From Candidatus Spongiisociaceae bacterium (GTDB lineage: Bacteria; Actinomycetota; Acidimicrobiia; Spongiisociales; Spongiisociaceae): DNA of 64,000 nucleotides. This document shows, one piece after another, positions 58,922 through 64,000 of this stretch. The notes under the pieces are model-generated. The model was not told the origin of the DNA. It ran no database searches and saw only the letters and a list, made by a program, of their open reading frames with translations. Both the position numbers and the translations under genes were made by a program. The stretch lies in contig OZ241841.1 in the NCBI GenBank assembly GCA_965202665.1, positions 736,001 to 800,000 of the forward strand. Direction: 5' to 3'. The stretch's first letter is position 1, and each line of letters opens with the position of its first letter.

Positions 58922-59977
58922 TCAAGCGGCGGCGGAGATGATCCCGCCCCCCGCCACTTCCTCCCCGTGATAGAAAGCGGCCGTCTGACCGGGGGACACC
59001 CCCCACGCCGGCTGCTCCAGCCGCACCCGCCACATCCCTTCCCCCGCCTCTTCCAAAAAACCGGGATGGGCGGTTCCGTGCGCCCGGTACTGCACCAGGG
59101 CCGGGCCCGGAGCCGGAGCGTCCACCCAACTCACCTGCCGCACCTCCATCTCGCGCACCTGCAGATGATGACGGCGGCCCAAAGTGACGGTGGCGGAAGC
59201 CGGGTCGATGGAGGCCACGTAACGGGCTTCGCCCACCGCCACCCCCAAACCCCGCCGCTGGCCGATGGTGAACCCGGCCACTCCCTGATGCTCGCCCAGT
59301 TCCGTCCCGTCGTGGTCCACGATCGGGCCGGGCCGGGAGCCGGCGCCCTGGTCGGCCAGAAACCGGCGGTAGTCGCCTTGCCCGACGAAGCAAATGTCCT
59401 GGCTGTCCGGCTTGGCGGCGATGCGCAAGCCCAACTCGGCCGCCTCCCGCCTGGTCCGCTCCTTGGTCATCTCCCCCACCGGAAACCGCGCCCGCTCCAA
59501 CTCGGACTGCCCCAGCATGGACAGCACGTAAGACTGGTCTTTGTCCGGATCGGCGCCCCGCAACAACCGCCGCCGACCCCCGTCTTGGATGTTGCGGGCG
59601 TAATGGCCGGTGGCCACCACCCGGCAATCCAAATCGGCCGCCTGCTCCAAAAGGCGGGCGAACTTGACGGTGCGGTTGCATTCCACGCACGGGTTGGGGG
59701 TGCGGCCCGCAACGTAATCGCCGATGAACCGCTCCACCACCCCGCCCATGAACTCCTCGGTGTAATCCCACACGTAATAGGGGATGTCCAACCGGGCCGC
59801 CACCCGCCGGGCGTCTTCGGCGTCGGAGACGGTGCAGCACCCGGCGGAGGGGGCCTCCCCGTTCGGCCCCTGCCAGAGTTTCATAGTCACCCCGATCACC
59901 TCCCACCCCCGGCGGAGCATCAGGGCGGCCGCCACCGACGAATCCACGCCGCCCGACATCGCAACCAGGGCCCTCAT
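58922..59977 (-). CDS. mnmA: tRNA 2-thiouridylase
   Basis: AMSGGVDSS, TPNPCVECN, ATGHYA, KDQSY and PGQ motifs. Confidence 0.95.
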   Translation of the reverse strand: MRALVAMSGGVDSSVAAALMLRRGWEVIGVTMKLWQGPNGEAPSAGCCTVSDAEDARRVAARLDIPYYVWDYTEEFMGGVVERFIGDYVAGRTPNPCVECNRTVKFARLLEQAADLDCRVVATGHYARNIQDGGRRRLLRGADPDKDQSYVLSMLGQSELERARFPVGEMTKERTRREAAELGLRIAAKPDSQDICFVGQGDYRRFLADQGAGSRPGPIVDHDGTELGEHQGVAGFTIGQRRGLGVAVGEARYVASIDPASATVTLGRRHHLQVREMEVRQVSWVDAPAPGPALVQYRAHGTAHPGFLEEAGEGMWRVRLEQPAWGVSPGQTAAFYHGEEVAGGGIISAAA

Positions 59978-61122
59978 CGCAGGGCCTCCGCCTGTTCGGC
60001 CGCCAAACGGGCCGCCGCCGCCCCCTCCCCGGGGCGGGTGGTCCACCCGAACGAAAAACGCAGGCACTCCCGGGCCCGGCCCGGGCCGTAGCCCATCGCC
60101 TCCAACACATGGGAGGCGGCCGCCGCCCCCGACTGGCAGGCGGAGGCGGCCGAGGCGCACGCCCCGGCCTGATCCAAGCGGGCCAACAGGGTTTCGTTGC
60201 GAACACCGGGGATTCGCACATGGCTGATGTGCGGGACGCGGGACAGGTCGGCGGCGGTGATTTGGGTTTCCGGCAGGCGGGCGGTCAAAACCCGTTCAAA
60301 ATCATCCCGCTCCCGGGCGGTTCGCGCCCGAAAGTCGTCCCGGTCGTCCGCCGCGGCCCGCATGGCGGCCGCCATGCCCGCCGCCCCCATCACGTTGTGG
60401 GTGCCCGACCGCCGCCCCAACTCCTGGCCCCCCCCGTGCAGCAACGGCTCCAGCGGGGTCCCCTCCCGGACGTACAGGACCCCCGTCCCTTTGGGACCGC
60501 CGAACTTGTGGGCGGACAGGGTAAGCAAATCCACCCCCAACTGGTCCACGTGCAACGGTTCGGATGCGAATCCTTGCACGGCGTCGGTGTGCGCCGCCGC
60601 CAGCGGATTGGCCTCCCGCACCGCCGCCGCCGTCTCCGCCACCGGCTGGATGACGCCGGTTTCGTTGTTGGCCAGCATCATCGACGCCACCGCCGTTTCG
60701 CGGTCCACGAAGGAGGCGACCTGGTCCGGATCCGCCAGCCCGCGGGAATCCACGGCGGCCAAGGCCACCGGAAAACCATGCGCTTGGCAGAACCGGGCCG
60801 CGTCCAGCACCGCCGCGTGTTCCACCGCGGTAGCCACCACGCCGCGCCGCCCGTCTCCGGCGAAAACCGGGCCTTTGACGGCCAGGTTGTCGGATTCGGT
60901 GCCCCCCCCGGTGAAGACGATCTCCAACGGGCGGGCCCCCAGCAGTTCGGCTATCCGCTCCCTGGCCTCCTCCAAGGCGTTTTTGGCGCGGCGGGAAACG
61001 CTATGGGAACCGGAAGGGTTTCCATAGTCGCCGTCCTGGTAGGGCGCCATCGCCTCCCGGGCCTGCGGACGCAGGGGGGAGGAAGCGGCGTGATCCAGAT
61101 ACAAGGTTTCCATGCCGTACAT
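59974..61122 (-). CDS. Cysteine desulfurase (IscS/NifS family)
   Basis: YLDHAASSP, GGTESDN, SAHKFGGPKG and SAC motifs. Confidence 0.9.
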   Translation of the reverse strand: MYGMETLYLDHAASSPLRPQAREAMAPYQDGDYGNPSGSHSVSRRAKNALEEARERIAELLGARPLEIVFTGGGTESDNLAVKGPVFAGDGRRGVVATAVEHAAVLDAARFCQAHGFPVALAAVDSRGLADPDQVASFVDRETAVASMMLANNETGVIQPVAETAAAVREANPLAAAHTDAVQGFASEPLHVDQLGVDLLTLSAHKFGGPKGTGVLYVREGTPLEPLLHGGGQELGRRSGTHNVMGAAGMAAAMRAAADDRDDFRARTARERDDFERVLTARLPETQITAADLSRVPHISHVRIPGVRNETLLARLDQAGACASAASACQSGAAAASHVLEAMGYGPGRARECLRFSFGWTTRPGEGAAAARLAAEQAEALR

Positions 61123-61181
61123 TTTGCCCTATTGTCGCGCGCCGGTGCGACAGGCTCCGCCGCCGGCTCTAATCTGGGGGC

Positions 61182-61628
61182 GTGCAAACCGAGGTTGCCG
61201 TTGAAATCGAAGCCCCGTTGCCCCGGGTGTGGGAGGAAGTGACCGACTTTCCCTCCCATGTTCGATGGATGCGGGACGCCCGTTCCATCCGAGTGGAACC
61301 GCCCGGGGAAGCGGGGGTGGGGTCGGTTTTGGTGATCGACACCCGGGTGGGCCCTTTTCGCACCATCGACCGATTTCAGATCACCAAGATGATTCCGATG
61401 TCGCGGGTGGCCGGCCGCCACCGGGGCCTGTTCACCGGCGAAGGGCGGTTCGAACTGTCCGAGGCGGGGCCGGGCCGCACCCGGTTCGCCTGGCGGGAAA
61501 AAGTCTCCTTCCCCTGGTTTTTCGGCGGCGGCCTGACGGCTTGGGCCGCCAAACCGATCCTGACCCGCATCTGGAGCTCCAACCTGCGCTCCTTCAAAGA
61601 ACTGGTGGAAGGCGACCCCGAAATCTGA
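61182..61628 (+). CDS. SRPBCC (polyketide cyclase/dehydrase-like) family protein
   Basis: IEAPLPRVWEEVTD..W N-terminus and C-terminal helix. Confidence 0.7.
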   Translation: MQTEVAVEIEAPLPRVWEEVTDFPSHVRWMRDARSIRVEPPGEAGVGSVLVIDTRVGPFRTIDRFQITKMIPMSRVAGRHRGLFTGEGRFELSEAGPGRTRFAWREKVSFPWFFGGGLTAWAAKPILTRIWSSNLRSFKELVEGDPEI

Positions 61629-62105
61629 TTATCCACCGCCCGCGGCCTCCCGCCGGACCTGGAAATCGGGGCATCGTTCCACTTTCTCCACCATGAAAGT
61701 CTCGGTGGGGAGTTCCTCCACTTTCAGCAAGGCCACCTCCCGCCCCTCCGCCACCACCGTCCCGGTGCGGGCGTCTATGACGTGAATCCCGTAGTCGTCC
61801 GCCCCGTAGCGGGGGGCGAGGATGTCCGCCTCCTCCACCATGGCGTCGAACGGAGTGCGGGCCCCCACCGCCTCCGGGTCCCGCTCCGCGACGGCGACGG
61901 CCCTTTCATCGCCCATCTCCGGCGGGCAATCCAAATCCCCGTCCGGGGCGCCGGGGGGCGGAGCCGGTTGCGAACCGCAGGAGGCCCCCGCCGCCAGCGC
62001 CAAAGCCGACAGGAGGGCCGCCGCTCCTATTCTCCGACGAACTCGGCCCGTCGTTTCTCCAAAAATGCGGACACTCCCTCTTTGGCGTCTTTGGTGTAGA
62101 AGCAT
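61629..62105 (-). CDS. Hypothetical lipoprotein (start uncertain)
   Basis: Hydrophobic stretch and lipobox-like AGASC; the ORF overlaps the neighbouring gene. Confidence 0.45.
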   Translation of the reverse strand: MLLHQRRQRGSVRIFGETTGRVRRRIGAAALLSALALAAGASCGSQPAPPPGAPDGDLDCPPEMGDERAVAVAERDPEAVGARTPFDAMVEEADILAPRYGADDYGIHVIDARTGTVVAEGREVALLKVEELPTETFMVEKVERCPDFQVRREAAGGG

Positions 62106-62794
62106 TCCCGAAAGGCGTCCGCCTCCACCCGCAGGGCGTCGTCGATCGGCTTGCCCCAGCCTTCGTTTACGGCCCGCTTGGCCGCTCCCAAAGCCGCGGT
62201 GGGGCCGGAGGCGTATTCGGCCGCGTCGGCGATGGCCGCCTCCAGCAACTCATCGGCCGGGAAAACCTTGTCGGCCAACCCCATGGCCAAGGCCTCGTCG
62301 GCCGGAACGTGGCGGCCCGAATAGACCAGTTCCTTGCCGCGGCTGAAACCGACAAGCCGGGGAAGGCGCTGGGTGCCGCCCGCGCCGGGGATGATTCCCA
62401 ATCGGATTTCAGGCTGGCCCACTTTGGCGTCTTCGGCCAGGTAGCGGAAGTCGGCGCCCATCGCCAACTCCAAGCCTCCCCCCAGGGCGTAGCCGAAAAC
62501 GGCGGCGATGACCGGCTTGGGGACCTGCTCCAAACGGCGGATCACCGCGTCGATGTTGTTGTCCTCCAAGCCTTCTTTGCCGCCGGCGTGGGCAGTTTTG
62601 AAACCGGAAATGTCCGCCCCGGCCGCGAAGTGGGGACGGCCGGTGATCACCACCGCCCGAACGGAGGAGCCGCCGACTTCGGCCACCGCCTGATCCAAAT
62701 CGTCGGCCAACTCCCCGGACAGGGCGTTGACCGGGGGGCGGTTCAACTCGATGATCCCCACCTGCCCTTGCGAAGTATATGAAACCAGTTCCAC
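62027..62794 (-). CDS. Enoyl-CoA hydratase/isomerase
   Basis: FAAGADI, ALGGGLE and [18 protein letters not shown] motifs. Confidence 0.92.
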   Translation of the reverse strand: MELVSYTSQGQVGIIELNRPPVNALSGELADDLDQAVAEVGGSSVRAVVITGRPHFAAGADISGFKTAHAGGKEGLEDNNIDAVIRRLEQVPKPVIAAVFGYALGGGLELAMGADFRYLAEDAKVGQPEIRLGIIPGAGGTQRLPRLVGFSRGKELVYSGRHVPADEALAMGLADKVFPADELLEAAIADAAEYASGPTAALGAAKRAVNEGWGKPIDDALRVEADAFRECFYTKDAKEGVSAFLEKRRAEFVGE

Positions 62795-62875
62795 TTGCTC
62801 TCCTCCTTGCGGTTAGCGCGACGGCTGTTCGCCCGTTTCGGAAAGAATAGAGGGCGCGAGAGGGGGACGCCGCCC

Positions 62876-63808
62876 CTACCCCAGCAACCGGGCGGCGGCC
62901 GTCCACGGATCCACTTCCCCGGCCGCAACCTGGGCCGCCGCCTCGTCCAAACCGGGAGTTTCGCCGGACCCCAGGCGGCGGACGGCCGCTTCCCGCACCG
63001 CCTCCTCCATTATCGCCCGCGCCCGGCGGAGGCGCCGTTCCGCCAGTCCGCCTTCTTCCAGATGGGCGGCGTGCCCGGCCAAAGCCTCCCACAGCCGGTC
63101 CATCCCCGACCCGTCGGAGGCGACGGTTTCCACCACCGGCGGTCGCCACCCGCCGCCCGGCCCCATATCCAACATCATCTCCAAATCGCGCCGAGCGTCG
63201 GCCGCTCCGGGACGGTCCGCCTTGTTGACCGCAAACACGTCCCCGATTTCCAGCAGGCCCGCCTTCCCGGCCTGGATACCGTCCCCCCAGCCGGGGGTGA
63301 CCGCCACCATTACGGTGTCCGCCTCCAGCATAATGTCCACCTCCGCCTGCCCCACCCCCACCGTTTCCACGATAAGAAAGTCGAAGCCGGCCCCGTCCAA
63401 AACCGCCGCCGCCTTGGGGGCGGCCGCCGACATCCCGCCCAGATGCCCCCGTCCGGCCAGCGAACGCACGTACACCTGCGGGTCGTCGATGTGCTCCTGC
63501 ATGCGGATGCGGTCGCCGAGCACCGCCCCGCCGGTGAACGGGCTGGACGGGTCCACCGCCAGCACCCCCACCGCGTCTCCCTGGCGGCGGATGATTTCTA
63601 TCAGGCGGGAGGCGAGGGTGCTTTTTCCGGCCCCGGGGGCCCCGGTCAGGCCGATGCGCCGCGCGCCGCCCGCCCCGGCGTGAAACAGGCGCAACAGTTC
63701 GGAGGAGGATGGGGCTCCGTCTTCCACGGCGCTGACCGCCCGGGCCAGGGCGCGGCGGTCGCCCGCTCTGGCCTTGCGAACCAGTTCCGGCGGGGAATCC
63801 GGTTTCAC
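62876..63808 (-). CDS. meaB: Methylmalonyl-CoA mutase-associated GTPase
   Basis: GAPGAGKST, VDPSSPFTGGAVLGDRIRM, ETVGVGQ and NKAD motifs. Confidence 0.92.
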   Translation of the reverse strand: MKPDSPPELVRKARAGDRRALARAVSAVEDGAPSSSELLRLFHAGAGGARRIGLTGAPGAGKSTLASRLIEIIRRQGDAVGVLAVDPSSPFTGGAVLGDRIRMQEHIDDPQVYVRSLAGRGHLGGMSAAAPKAAAVLDGAGFDFLIVETVGVGQAEVDIMLEADTVMVAVTPGWGDGIQAGKAGLLEIGDVFAVNKADRPGAADARRDLEMMLDMGPGGGWRPPVVETVASDGSGMDRLWEALAGHAAHLEEGGLAERRLRRARAIMEEAVREAAVRRLGSGETPGLDEAAAQVAAGEVDPWTAAARLLG

Positions 63809-63822
63809 GGGGGGAAGCCGGG

Positions 63823-64000
63823 TCAGGCGGCCCGCACCGAGGTGACTCCCGGAACCCGGTCAGTGAGGATGCGCTCAATGCCGGCGGTCAAAGTCATCAT
63901 GGACAGGGGGCACCCCGAACAGGCCCCCACCAACTGCAAATCGACCGCGCCGTCCGCATCCACCCCGTTCAGTATCAGGTCGCCGCCGTCGGCTTGCAGG
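63823..64000 (-). CDS. NifU family protein, 5' end outside window
   Basis: Hand translation: LQADGGDL...LVGACSGCPLSMMTLTAGIERIL...stop. Confidence 0.85.
   Translation of the reverse strand, partial: LQADGGDLILNGVDADGAVDLQLVGACSGCPLSMMTLTAGIERILTDRVPGVTSVRAA

Overview
High-GC actinobacterial chromosome segment. Gene content and the SLH-anchored giant protein suggest Acidimicrobiia, which is inference only. Positions 1-20.9 kb form a LacI-controlled catabolic cluster for an unknown substrate, with five copies of a CAAACGATTG operator. It encodes an M24 hydrolase, CMD/AhpD, OsmC, an aldehyde dehydrogenase, a hydroxyacid dehydrogenase, an amidohydrolase, an orphan CoxL-like Mo subunit, an FAD oxidoreductase, MFS, DMT and Liv-type ABC transporters, and a Gfo-DUF993-TIM triad. 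Next come murA with two AT-rich restriction-like genes embedded in its operon, then argS and a NYN RNase. The NYN gene is preceded by a structured leader (promoter, closing stem, terminator hairpin and a covarying palindrome). The argS-3'/NYN/leader/membrane-gene-3' unit has been tandemly amplified: the coding parts of the extra copies are deleted while the leader stays intact in three copies, suggesting an RNA-antitoxin/NYN system. A 13.4-kb giant surface-protein gene sits inside this array. It has five ABCD repeat units with one hypervariable domain each, a poly-G tract in its promoter spacer, and flipping G+T/C+A strand skew, and an ISL3 remnant lies beside it. The remainder holds glcDEF, dapCDE, IS481, a CpG-poor and CAG/CTG-rich orphan island, a DUF4268 nuclease, ligA, mnmA, a cysteine desulfurase, an enoyl-CoA hydratase, meaB and nifU. 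No rRNA, tRNA or CRISPR array was seen.
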